Source: Camelus ferus
Taxonomy: Eukaryota
Reading direction: 5' to 3'
Assembly (NCBI RefSeq): GCF_009834535.1
Contig: NC_045697.1
Location: 19,036,001-19,100,000, forward strand
Length of the DNA: 64,000 nucleotides
The notes beneath the pieces are model-generated. The model was not told where the DNA came from, ran no database searches, and worked only from the letters and a program-made list of their open reading frames with translations. Every line of letters begins with the position of its first letter. The stretch's first letter is position 1. A program made the position numbers and the translations under genes. This document shows positions 47,840 through 60,150 of the stretch, one piece after another.

Positions 47840-48392
47840 GTTTCTTTGTTTTTGTGGCTTTAACCTCACCAGCATACTCCACTTTTCTTTTTGTAACATG
47901 AAACCCTATTGTATCTTAGGGAACCGTATTTCCCCAACTCTCACTCCTTTCCATTCTAGCTAATCCCACCTCCTGGCTCCAGCAGAGGACGTGTGACTCA
48001 TTCATAACCAATCGTGGCATTCCATTTACAGGGGTATTTGATTGGATCAGGGATGGGTACACCATCCCAAGATGGCCAATAAAAATTAGATCCAGGACTT
48101 TTATTTGAAGCTTTATGAAAAAGGCAATTGGTGGATTTGCTGAGGGAGGAGGATATAAACATCTGTGGACATGTGTGCCACCACATGGAGAGAACAATTC
48201 TGAAAATGAAGCAACAGAAAGAAAAGAAAGACAAGAGATAAAGAGATGGTGAGAGAAGGATCAAAGCCTCACGTCATTGTCTGAAGCTTGATCCAACCAT
48301 GCCTGAGGCATGTTCAGCAATGACTCCCTTTTTCTTAAGGCAGTTTGACCTGGATTTTCTGTCACCTAAAGTTTAGAATCTTGATTGACACA
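47840..48392 (+). mobile_element. MaLR LTR (MLT1K-like)
   Basis: tgattggatcagggatggg..ggccaat..gatccaaccatgcctgagg..cttaaggcagtttg..ttttctgtcac..tgacaca. Confidence 0.78.
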
Positions 48393-48419
48393 GGTCTGAA
48401 ATTATTACACTAAAATAAA

Positions 48420-49130
48420 TATTTTTATTTGTTATAATATTGTTATTTTCCCCTAATACAAAAGTAATACATGATTAATGCAGAAAATCTGGAAAACACA
48501 AAGAAAATAAAGCAAAATCCACTTTTAGTTCAACTCTGATATTGCAGCTGCTAACCTCTTAGGGTCTGTTCTTTTGAGTCTTTTCATATGCATATTTATA
48601 GGTCCCTGCAACACGACTTCCAAATTATTGCAGGTACACTATAATTTATTTAATTCCTCCTTTTTAACAACTGAAGTCATTTTCTTCCTTCCTTCCTTTC
48701 CTTCTCTTTCTTTCTTTCTTTCTCTCTCTCCCTTTTTCCTTTCTTTCTTCTTTTTCCTGTTATTTACTAGTCTGTGTTGGTAAATCTTTGCATACATCCA
48801 TGTCCATTTCCTTAGGAAAAAAACGCATTTTCCATGAGGTTGCCCTCAATTTTTTACTATAAATAATGTTTAAATAAATGTTTATGCATTCTTTTGTATG
48901 GAATTAACTCCAAGAAGTGGAATGGCTGTGTCGAGGGCATGCTTGCTGAAGGCTTTTGGAATACACTGCCAAATTGCCCTGTGGAAGGTTGTTTGACTCT
49001 GCACCTCTGCTGGTCCTCCCCACGACAACACACACTGCGTGTTGCTGTTACCTCATTACCATCAAGAAGAACATTTTCTTCATGTTGGTTTGCTATTTGT
49101 ATTGTTTTCTTGACTTACCACTTCACAACC
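48420..49130 (-). mobile_element. Old LINE-1 3' region (L1ME-like) with a CT-rich tract
   Basis: aaaagtaatacatg..tgcagaaaatctggaaaacaca..ttactataaataatg..tactgccaaattgccct-like. Confidence 0.65.
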
Positions 49131-49238
49131 AAAAATTTGGAATTCTTTTACTTTTCTTTCAGGAGTAATTGGAAAGATAAGGAAATAACTCATTATTCAG
49201 TTATTTTAGTTATTTTTCCAATGACATCTTCTGTAGGT

Positions 49239-49448
<210 letters not shown>

Positions 49449-49569
49449 TGGATGCATTTTGGTTGGAAACACCCATGGCCCATGGCTTTCAATTTTTGCT
49501 GATAGTTTTCTCTTATCACTGACCTGCCATGAGTTAAGTACAATGACTTGAGAAGTGCTATTGTCTGGT

Positions 49570-49820
49570 CACACTAGTTAAATAAAAGGGATTTGGAGCT
49601 AGATATTCTGGGTTCAAATCCCAGCCCTATCACTTAGCTATTGTGTGACATTGGAAACATTGCTCAGAATCTTTGTGCCTCATTTTCCTTATCTATAAAA
49701 TCAGGATAATAGTACCTACTGAAGTAATATTTTTACATCATTAAGGTAAGATGAGCAAGGCACTCATAACAGAGCTCCTGGTACAAGATAAGCCCTCAAT
49801 AAACATTAATTATCAGTAGT
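49570..49820 (+). mobile_element. MIR (near full length)
   Basis: ctgggttcaaatcccagc..tgtgcctcattttccttatctataaaat..ctcaataaa. Confidence 0.85.
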
Positions 49821-49821
49821 A

Positions 49822-50030
49822 GAACATAATAATTGCTAAACCATATTGAATGTTTACTGTGATACAAATGACAGAAACAACCCATTTGATCTTCACCAAC
49901 TCTCTGAATCACCTTATTTTGTTATGTTCATTTTATAAATGAACTAAGGTGCAGAGGGGTTAACTAACTTAGCGTAAATCTCCTTGTTAATGTGTGGAAC
50001 TGGGACTAAAGCCCACCTATATTGCCTCTG
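49822..50030 (-). mobile_element. MIR
   Basis: attgaatgtttactgtg..cattttataaatga..aggtgcagaggggttaactaactt..ggaactggga. Confidence 0.75.
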
Positions 50031-51389
50031 GAAGAACATAGAGGACAGACTGTTCACATTTAAAAAATTTTTTATTTGAAGGTTATACTTTTGTTATAAA
50101 AGTTTAATTTAATTCCCACTACAGGAAGAACTTCACGTTCTGTCTGCCTAATCACTTAAATTTGGTATTAGAGCATCTTTGCCTGGAAACCTAACTACCA
50201 TATTTAATAATGACCTATATCATGAAAGGTGGGGTATCTTTAAAATTTAAAGTTGATATACATATCAGTGCCCTAACTGTCTGGTTATAATAGGTGAACA
50301 TTATTTAAAAAAAAATATATATGAATGGCATTCCTACTAACCACGGTTTAAATTCTTAACAAAGAGACTATCCTTATTAAGATAGTAGGGCTGTTACAAA
50401 CATAGACACTTGTGACTCTTCAATTCACCTTTGAGAGTCATTGCTACAGTCGACGTCCACATGTATTTTGTTAGATTGGATTCAGCTGGATATTCAACCA
50501 CCCTAACAGCAAAGTCCAGTAAAGCTAGGCATAATGACATTTCAAGGTTTATAACCCGGTTGGTAGGCAGAAAAGATGGTGCTGCTTTTACTATAATAAA
50601 GACCAAGGCTGCGGTGTTGGGTAGATGTTTATATTGGTTCTGGGTGTGGGTGGTGACGTAGATTGAAAGGACAGAGCAGAGAAAGTGGAGAGTGAAGTGT
50701 TATTAGCAATAAAAGATAAACCCTCCTAGAGAAATAATAATCGTTTTGAAATAGGAATGAACCTCCCAGCCAGGGCAGTTCAACCCCCTGCTGAGAGGTG
50801 GGGTCAGGCAATTCTCTCCCCTCAAACAGTTACATAACATATTTTTTTCCCTTAGGAGGTTTCACAACCCCTTTTATGAACTGTTAATGTGCTTATTCAA
50901 TCGTATCATGGGGAAAGGTAACTAATTTTTAACTTTAACCAGGATGGCTTGACCTTCCCATGGTAACTCTGGTGAACAGACACAGAATGCAGTTCCATAG
51001 CCTTTCCTTCACTCCGCATCGCAAATTCCATCACAATAAATGATAAACACCAAAATGGAAAACGCTTCGTTTGCACTTTCACTTGATCAAAATACTCAGC
51101 TTTAAATGTATTACTATTCAAATAATCTCTTAGTCACCAAATTCATCGTTTGGGTCAAAAACTTTAGGCTGATACCCACCTACCCAGCCAGAAATCCAAG
51201 CAAACGTTTTTGAGGGTGGAACCATTTCACTCGGTTTCGAGATGGACAGAGGCCATCCAGCAAATCCGTATCTAAAGATTCTTAAAACAAAGAACTTCGA
51301 AACGTTTCCTCCAAGATCTAGTTTGGCAGATGCTTTGATGCCTGTGAGCTGAAAGAATAGGATGGAAACTGCCCAGCACTGCGAGTCAG

Positions 51390-51510
51390 AATTCTTCAGC
51401 TGTGGCTCTAAGTATGTGGTCCCAGGAGAATTATCAAGCACTCTAAGCCTCAGTTTCCTTTTCCATAAAATGGGCTTGGCAAGGGATCCACAGGCTATGT
51501 GTGTGAACAC
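51390..51510 (+). mobile_element. MIR fragment
   Basis: ctctaagcctcagtttccttttccataaaatggg. Confidence 0.7.
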
Positions 51511-51911
51511 AAGGGATGCCCATTATGATTCCTTCTGGGTAGACTTAATTTACATCACCTGGGGAAATTAATTTCAGCCTCCGAGGCTGTACGTAGCTTC
51601 AGATGCCTTAAATGGAAGGAGCCTGACCTGTGAACCCTAACTTGGTTTTAAATAGACTCTTTCTGGCAGCTTTTTCAGAAATTCATTATGCAGCAGAAAT
51701 AAAAAGAAAATACTAAAACATCTTTGGCTGTTCCATATAATCTTGGAGCTATTGATTTTGTGCTGAAAGATTATCTAATGGAAACCATTTTGTCATTCCA
51801 AATCATCTCTAGATTAGCCTTTGCTTGGATGGTAAAATACTTGATGAAATGACACTTAAAAAATGTCTTCCCCTCTCACATAAAACATTGCTTCCCGAAT
51901 TCGTGCATGCC

Positions 51912-52215
51912 CCAGTATAATGTACTATGGTAAAAGAATTAAGAGTGTGAACTCTGGAACCCCATCTTCAAATCCTGCTTTTGCCACTTATTAGCTGTGT
52001 GGCCTTGGACAAGTTACTTAACCTCTCTGCACTTCAGTTTCCTCATTGGTAAATAGGGATAATAAAAAGTACCTACCTTATAGGATTGTAGGGAGAATTT
52101 GCTAAATTAACAAATGTTAGAGACTTAGACAAGTATATGTGCTGTGTTTAGCGTTAGACTTTCAAACAGTGGTTGGCAATTAGTACACGCTGAGCAAATA
52201 TTAGCGTTTACATTA
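51912..52215 (+). mobile_element. MIR (near full length)
   Basis: gccacttattagctgtgtggccttggacaagttacttaacctctctgcacttcagtttcctcatt..gtacctaccttataggattgt. Confidence 0.92.
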
Positions 52216-52654
52216 CTGTTTTAAATGAGAGAGGCTGTGATGCAGGAGAGTGGGAAGAACTCAGGAAGGGAGATTGGGATAAATCCATTTATTTTATACC
52301 CCTTAGTCATTGTATTTACAACCTTTAGCAAACCAATTATCTTTCCTGAGAGCTACATTTGCCTGGGCATCCATCCACAGATGCCCAGAACTCAAGACTG
52401 GAGGGAAATATAAATCTCAAATAACCGTTAATTAGAAGGAGCTCACTTTGAAAAATACATTTGCTTTTTAATGGAGCTTTAAATGAGCTCATGGGATGTT
52501 TGTTATAAAATACTTGCCTGCACCAAATGCCTTAATGGGAAAAGCCTTATTGCAATTCAGTTGTTTAAATAATATACAAGCCGGGTCCCTCCTGGGACTC
52601 TGTTCCCTTTGTGGGAGTCAAAGATTCTTTGAATGTCCCTAGGTATTCCAAAGC

Positions 52655-52830
52655 AATCACAAAATCACATTTCAGAGGTAGAAGGGAATTTAGAAGTCAT
52701 CTCCTCCTAAGCTCTCTTTTTATAGCTGAAGAAACAAACGCAACAGGGTTAAAGGATTTGCCTCAGGCAACTCAGCATTCTAGAAGCTCAAGTCAACCCC
52801 CACTTTCTTTAACTCTTAGTCCAGCCCCTT
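52655..52830 (-). mobile_element. MIR/MIR3 fragment
   Basis: tttcagaggtagaaggga.ttagaagtcatct..ttttatagctgaagaaac..gggttaaaggatttgcc. Confidence 0.65.
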
Positions 52831-54665
52831 TCTAGTAACCTGTCTCCAATCTTACAGAGAGAGGGAGGGGGAGGGAAAGACCAAGGGGCAGAGGGGAAAG
52901 GACACTACTACTGGCAGGTGGGAAATGCCCCAATTTTTTCCCTCTCATGTAGGAAAAAAAAAAAAAGGATAAACTGACCACATGCCTGTAGAAACAACTA
53001 CGATTTAGGAGAGCAAGTGTCGAGGCTAAGGAATGAATCACCAAGCACCCAAGGTGAAAGTTTATTAGCAGCAGGTATGCTTCTTAATTGTTTATTTTCA
53101 CTTCATCGGGACTAAAGCCTGTTGCTATGTTGGGGCTGCGCAGCATTTTGTGATGCCTGTGGACAAAGAGCATGGCTAAGCACCCAGCTGGTGAGGTTTT
53201 GCTCTCCTGGAATCATTCTAGCAAACAGTGTAACCTGACACAGGTGAGACAGGGCTCCCCGGGTGGGTATAGCTTATCTTTTGCAATTCCTTCTGCACTC
53301 CTTCCACACCCATAAAACCATACAGGAACCATCCAGGAGCTGGGTTCGGGGAACAGGGCATCAGTGATTTGGGCCATTTCATCTCAAGGAAGTTACGGCT
53401 TCCCAACCTAGGGTGTCCAAGGGCCACAAAGGAGATTTCTGTAAGAAGCTGACCCTACCAGAGGAGCACTCAATCTCACGTCTCGAATTTGGTAGGAAGA
53501 TCACACAGCTGTTTACTCAACTTGTCAGGTACTTGCAAATCCGCAGGTCTGTTCCTTCTGTGAATAAACAAAGCTTATATGCAAATGATGAACACTCTTG
53601 TTTGGCTAGAACTCCTGAGCACTGTGGTGCAATATGCCAGTGGATACTTCACTGGAGGGTTCCAGGCTCCCATTTTTAATTTGGTGGGTTATCTTTCTGG
53701 TTCCTTAAGTGTATGTGACATTCTATCTCTGCATAGGAGATTTTTCTGCAAACCTAACTTCCACTGCATCTTAATGGGTAGACAAAACAATAAGAGATAA
53801 GAGATAGATCCTTGTAATTAAGTGTGGGGCCCTGAAGAAGCTCTCAGAGCTGTGCAGTGTTTGCATATTTCTGGGACATTTATCACCTCTGACCTCTGCA
53901 GTTGCCTTCTGTTACAGGGAATTCCCTAACCACCAGATTGCAGCTTCTGCAATTCAGAGGCTCAAGAAGGTTTTTGTTTGTACTTTAGTTCATGTAGAAC
54001 CAGTATCCAAACTCTGGCATCTGAAGACTAAATGCCCTTTAAGGCTTTAGTTTTATGAAACAAAGTGACTGCCCATGTTTTGTGATTTTCCCGGGATGCT
54101 AGGACTGCCTGATACCCTCCACGACCCCTCCTCAAACTGGCTCGTGCCTGGAGTTCTGCTTATAGAGACGCATCTGTTGGTAAAGGAGGAATTTACCTGG
54201 ACTGTATAGGCAGGCATCAGACCTCTGTGAACTCGTGATTATACACTGAGTTTGAGTATATGTGCATTTGACCATTTTTAGCCTCTGAAAAGAGACTCTT
54301 TAGATCTTTACTGGTACCCAAAAGTGTCAGTAACCCACCAAAAGTCTAAGAATAGTTGCATTTTCTGATAAGATGTTATTTACTACTGAAGGTGCACAAA
54401 AACACACAAACACATGGCCATAAAAGTTGTATGTCACAGAGAGGGCCAACTGGAAACTTTGCCTAAGACATTTTCTAGAAAAACAAACAATAATTTTATT
54501 AGCTTTTTTCCTATTCTATATTCAAAACAAAATATCTGTACTTTTGAGAGAGATTATCACAACACAGACACATGCTATCTTTCTATTTTCCTTTCAAAAG
54601 TAAGGCCTGATTATGGGACCTATGGGGATTCTGAAAATAACTCTGGAAAATGTTATCTCTTACAG

Positions 54666-54975
54666 CAGAGGTGGTCAAACCTATTCAGTAAAGAGTCAGA
54701 TAGTAAATATTTCTGGCTTTTTGGGCCCTGTGTTCTCTGCTACAGCCATACAACTCTGCTGTTGTGTGGAAAACAGCCATAGAGAATATGTAAACAACTG
54801 GGACTGCTGGTGTTTCAATAAAACTTTATTTATAAAAAACAAGTGGCAAGCCAAGGGTGGAGGATATGGCTCAAGTTGTAGAGCACATGCTTAGCATGCA
54901 CAAGGTCCTGGGTTCAATTCCCAGTACCTCCTCTAAAAAAATAGATAAATGAATAAACCTAATTACCTACCCCCT

Positions 54976-55006
<31 letters not shown>

Positions 55007-55079
55007 GAATGTTTAAAGCAAACAAACAAAAAAAAAAGTGAGCCAGATTTGGTCCATGGCAGCAATTTGCTGAACCTTG
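54666..55079. mobile_element. MER58A hAT MITE split by a SINE
   Basis: cagaggtggtcaaac..agatagtaaatattt..caataaaactttattta | gccagatttggtccatgg..tttgctgaaccttg. Confidence 0.85.
54855..55035 (+). mobile_element. Camelid tRNA-derived SINE (vic-1-like)
   Basis: gctcaagttgtagagcacatgcttagcatgcacaaggtcctgggttcaattcccagtacctcctct..aaacctaattacc plus A-rich tail. Confidence 0.92.
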
Positions 55080-55309
55080 CCTTAAAGGTTTAAATATGCT
55101 ACTGAATGAAAATAATAAGGTTCCCATATCTGCCAGGTTTATGATACATACCAATTTCAAGCTACTTTGCAAAAACAAAATGCTTAATCATATTATTCCA
55201 TTGGTTGTTGTGTTAGAATAAAAGTAATTTCAGTAAGTATTTCTACATGCTGGGCAAGCTATGAGTGATATTAAATACCTAATAATTAAAATCAAGAACT
55301 CCATGTGTC

Positions 55310-56393
55310 ACCATTGACAGAACAAAGAGACAACCTTCTGAATTAAAGAGAAATTTGCAAGTGACATGATCGATAAGGGGTTAATATCCAACATAAATAA
55401 ACAGCTCATACAACTCAATATCAGAAAAACAAACAACCTAAATAAAAATGGGCAGAAGACCTGAATAGATATTTTTCCAAAGAAGACATACAGATGACCA
55501 ATAGACACAGGAAAAGATGCTCAACATTGGTAATCATCAGAGAAATGCAAATCAAAACCACAATGAGATATCACCTCACACCTTTTAGAATGGCTATTAT
55601 CAAAAAGAACATGAATAATAAATGTTGGTGACGATGTGGAGAAAAAGGAACCCTTTGACACTATTGGTGAGAATGTAAATTTGTACAGTCACTATGGAAA
55701 ACAGTATGGAGGTTTCTCAAAAACTAAAAATAGAATGACCATATGATACAATAATTCTACTCCTGAGTATATATCCACAAAAAATGAAAGCACTAATTCA
55801 AGAAGATACATGAACCCCTATGTTCATCACAGTATTATTTACAATTGCCAAGATATGGAAGCAACCTAAGTGTCCATCAACAGAAGAATAGAGCAAGAAG
55901 ATGTGGTATATATACATAATGGAATATTACTCAGTCACAAAAATAATGAAATTTTGCAATTTGCAACAACATGGATGGGCCTGGAGGGCATTATGCTACG
56001 TGAATAAGTCAGAAAGAGAAAGGCAAATACTGTATGATATCACTTATAAGTGGAATCTAAAAAATAAAACAAATTAATAAATATAACAAAACAGAAACAG
56101 ACTCACAGATATAGAGAGCAAACCAGTGGTTACCAGAGGGAAGCGGGGAGAGGCAATATAGTGGTAGGGGACTAAGAGATACAAACTACTATGCATAAAA
56201 TAAATAAGCAACAAGGATATATAGTACAGCACAGGGGAGATAGCCAATATTTGGTAATAGCTTTAAATGGAATATAATCTATAAAAATACTGAATGTTGG
56301 ACACCTGAAACTAATGTAGTATTGTAAATAAACCATACTTCAATAAAAGTTAAATTAAATTAAATCAATAAAAGACATAGCTTGAAAAAAAAG
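55310..56393 (+). mobile_element. 5'-truncated LINE-1 (ORF2 C-terminus plus 3' UTR)
   Basis: gaaatgcaaatcaaaaccacaatgagatatcacctcacac..ggaaaacagtatggagg..cttcaataaa. Degenerate TSD ending tgtca at 55310 and 56411. Confidence 0.95.
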
Positions 56394-57276
56394 AAAAACT
56401 TCCCCATGTCAGATTTTTCCAGGGCATGAGACAAAAATAAAACTAGCTTCTTTAAACCATGATTTGTCTTTCCATGCAACTCAGGGAAACCAGGTTTTTG
56501 GCAAACAGCTACAGTAAAATAATCCTTCTACCCTAAGACCTTCACTCTGGGTGGGAAATATCCCCCTGATCCTCCACAGGTAGACTTCTGTTTTTTCTAG
56601 AAACCTGATATCCTTTAGAATCACAGGCTTCTGGTAGGACAAACACAAGCAGGTAGTGTCTGCCAGGCTACAAGCTGCTGCTTGTCCAACTGGGGAGAAA
56701 GGAAATCTTTGTGATGCTCCCAGAGTCCGTAGCTCCTTTCATATCCAAGGCAAATGGTAGAAACCCTGGTCCTCCTTTTCCTTTCCACTTTCAAAATAAT
56801 GAGTCATTTTATCTTCCTGTTGAATATTTCGTTTTGCATGCTGTCTGGTTAGAACCTTTCATATCTGCACAGTATCAGAGAGTGAGGTTTGAACAAATGA
56901 ACTAAGAGGAAAAGAGAAAAGTCTGGGATGGGCCCCAGATGAGCCAGAGGTGAGCTGATCAAAAGCCGATCAAAGAACCCATCAAAACTGAAATCATTCC
57001 TCTAGACAACACACCCCCTCAGACTCAGTGTGTGCTGCTTGCCTACAGGAAAAACAGCCAAAATGTAAGTAAGCTCTGCCCACTGTCCACAAGGAGCTTA
57101 AGTAAGAGGTGCTGGCACACACAGCGACAAGCAAAGAGAGGCTTTACATTGTCAAATAACAGAAGATTTAAGTTGACAGAGGTCGTCAGACTTCACAGAT
57201 GCCAAGGTAGGCGGGGGCACAGCAGGGAAGTCAGGGGTGCAATGCAGGTGCAAGAGTCAGTAGGAAGGAAAGATGT

Positions 57277-57552
57277 TCTTTTTTCTTTTTTTAAGTCAGA
57301 TTTATTGAAGCATAGTTACAAGCAGTTAACTCACCCATTTAAGTGTATAGCTGTATGTGTTTTGACCGACACATGCAATCATGAGACAGTATTTCCATTA
57401 TCACAAAAAGTTCCCTTGTGCCCGTGTGTAGTCAACTCTTCTGGCCACTCCCAGACCTTCCTAACCCCTGATTTGACTTCTGTGTCTATATATATTTGGT
57501 TTCTGTCTTTGCCTTTTCCAGAATGTCAGATAAATGAAATCATACAGTGGGT
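57277..57552 (-). mobile_element. LINE-1 3' end (L1MB-like)
   Basis: tttattgaagcatag..cacccatttaagtgtatag..ttgccttttccagaatgtcagataaatgaaatcatacagt. Confidence 0.85.
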
Positions 57553-57699
57553 AGTAGAAAAACTGAGAAATCTCAAGCAAGGAGGAGCTTTTTAGAGATT
57601 ACATGTCTCTAAAGCATCTTAAGACAGATGGGGCAGTCGGAAAAGGTAGCCTGTGTTATAAAAACTGCCATAGATAAGAGATCTTCTGGGGGTATGTAT

Positions 57700-58292
57700 T
57701 TCCACATAAGCTTCCTAAAATGAATACCTGATCGTACCACATCCCTGCTGGAAACCTTCAATGGTTTCCCATTGTCTTTAGGATGAAATCCAAACTCATT
57801 CATGTGGGTTGCCAGACCTTGCTTGACGTGACATCTCTTGTCTCCTCCAGCCCCCGTCTCTCCCCATTCTCCTCTTTTCCATTCTCCACTTTGAAATCTC
57901 CACACCGGCCACTCTGCACACACCCTTCCACACAGGATGCACTCTCTCTCACCTCTGGGCCTTTGAACGTGGGTTTCTTTCTATCAAGTGCATTTTCCCC
58001 TTACCCCCACCTCTCTGGCTTCAGACTATGGCTTCCCCTGGAAGCACTTCCTGACCCTCCTGGTTTGCTTTAACCACCATGCGTGTGTGGGCTCCGACAC
58101 GTGTACCCCCCATCTCAGTGCTTATCAGACTACCTCGTCATGGCATGTTTGATTGTGTCTTCCCAGTGAGACTTCAAACTCCATGAAGCTCCAGGGAACA
58201 GAAGCCCAGTCTGTCTTACTCATGGTTGTCTTTTTAGTACCCAGCACAGAGCCTGGCACAGAGTGGTTTCTCAATATATATTCGACAAACAA
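57700..58292 (+). mobile_element. LINE-2 3' portion
   Basis: aaaccttcaatggtttcccattg..aaatccaaactc..cccagcacagagcctggcacagagtgg..tcaatatatatt. Confidence 0.85.
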
Positions 58293-58387
58293 AATTTAGA
58301 CAAAATTCAGAAGAGGGAGCGTTGCTTTTAGCTAAGGTTGAAGAGGGGCAGGGAAATGAGGAATCAAGAACTATGCTGTGGGAGTAG

Positions 58388-58487
58388 GGAGGGAAATAGC
58401 TCAGTGGTAGAGCACATGCTTAGCATCCACAAGGTCCTGGGTTCAATCCCAAGTACCTCTGGTAAAAAAACAAACAAACAAAAAAAA
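58388..58487 (+). mobile_element. Camelid tRNA-derived SINE (vic-1-like, short tail)
   Basis: atagctcagtggtagagcacatgcttagcatccacaaggtcctgggttcaatcccaagtacc plus A-rich tail. Confidence 0.92.
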
Positions 58488-58551
58488 ACTACATTAGGAA
58501 ATGCGTGGCATTTGTTTTTTTGTTTGTTTGTTTGTTTTATAAAAGTATAGT

Positions 58552-59079
58552 TGTGACAAGAAATATACGGCATTTGAATGGGGCTCTCGTCCAGCTATTT
58601 ACCTGTTGTCTCGTGGCCCCAACTGGCCTTCTGTATTCTGCTTTTAAGGTAGACAAAGCCAAGTGTCTGAGAACTACATTTCCCAGGCTCTCTTTCGAGC
58701 TGGGCCTGAGGGAAATCCAAAGGCAGCAGTGAAAGAAGAGCGTTTCTCTGGCTCTGAGAGTGAGGTGGTTGTTGGAGCCCCAGAGCAGGGGGGAGTCCAG
58801 GCTGCAGCAGCCCGGGCGGAGGCAGCATCACTTCAGCAGTTCCAGCTGGTCCAGGCAGCGCCCCTGCGGCACAGCCAGAACAGACAAGCAGCTCAGCGGC
58901 AGGTGTGGACAGAGGGGCTTCAGACCAAGGGTGCTGAGCTGCGGCTTCTCTTTTACTCCTTCAGCTTTATGCTCTCCCAACACTTCCAGTATCTTTGAAA
59001 CCAATTCCCTGTATTAAGTTCCCTGTGTTTGAAATACCTAGAGTGGTCTCTATTCCTCTGCCTAGACCCAGACCGATAG
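58552..59079 (+). mobile_element. ERVL solo LTR (LTR41/LTR50-like)
   Basis: 3' end aaccaattccctgtattaagttccctgtgtttgaaatacctagagtggtctct; internal aactacatttcccag. Confidence 0.65.
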
Positions 59080-59099
59080 TGCCTTGAAATCAGGTTAGG

Positions 59100-60150
59100 G
59101 GGTGAAGACAGAAAGGCATTCTGTTGGGAGAGACTGCCATGAGCAAAAGTCCAGAGTTGGAAGAGCCTGGCGGGGTTTTTGGAGAGCAGAAGATAGTCCA
59201 CTCTGGCTGGGGTGTAGTGATTGAATAGGAGAGTGGCAAGGAGAAAAGCCACAGAGGGATAAATGGCCCATGCAGTGGAGGAACTCAAACACTGGGTAGA
59301 AAAGTCTGCACTGGTTTTGGTGAACAGGGAGATTCACTGCGGCCTTGAGCCAAGTGCTCTGACTGGAGCCGGGCAGGAGAACATTGTTCTGCTTAGTGCT
59401 GGGTGGGGTGAGCTGGAAAGAAGGGCAGGATGCAAAAACTGGCAGAAATAGCATATTTAGAGACTGTGGGACTTGGTTGGATGAGAGGAATGAGAGAGGA
59501 CACAGCAAAGATAGCACCACAGTTTCTTCCCTGTTTAACTGAAAGAAAAGTGGGGGCATTCAGAGAGTCAGGAGGCCAGAATTAAAGTGACTTGGAAGCT
59601 GTGGAAGGCAAAAATAACAACAGGCATCTGTACGGGACTTTGAGTTTTCCCCTGTGATCTCAACTGATTTCAATTCCAATTTCCTAGCGCTTCTAACAGG
59701 CTGCTCACTGCCATTCGTCTACAACTTGACAAAGAGTCTAGGTTACAGAACATGATTTGGTAGTCATCTGCCCAGAAGAGAGAACCAAAGACATAGTGCT
59801 GGATGAGATGACCAAGGGTGAGAGTAGAGAAGCCAGACCCACAAGGATGCACGTAGGCAGGTGGGTGGGAGGTGAGACAGAGGAGGTGGAGAAGTAGCGG
59901 GAACGTGGGTGGCAGGAGGACCAGGACAGTCCTGGGCCACAGAAGTTAAGGGAGAAGAAAACCTGATAAAAAATGAGACTTGCCAAGACTGTCACCTCAT
60001 GCAAAGTGTTAAAAAGAGTAAAGATTGAGGAAAAAATCCATGGGGTTTGCAGATATCAGTTTCAATGTTGTAGCAGGCACACAATCTAGATTTCTAAGGG
60101 TGAGAGAGGTTGAATAATGAGGAAATAAGACAGTGAGAATAACCCATTTT
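59100..60150 (-). mobile_element. LINE-2 fragments
   Basis: catgagcaaaagtccagag..ctggctggggtgtagtga..ggatgagatgaccaagggtgagagtaga..aagattgagg..ggggtttgca. Confidence 0.7.

Noticed and set aside
46847..48392. Provirus with two LTRs flanking a pol-like ORF
   Set aside because: The ORF is LINE-1 and lies inside the first LTR; the two MLT1 LTRs are adjacent diverged solo copies with no retroviral interior.
57032..57595. 187-aa ORF
   Set aside because: Crosses L2 and antisense L1 fragments, starts at a non-ATG codon, and has no recognisable domain.
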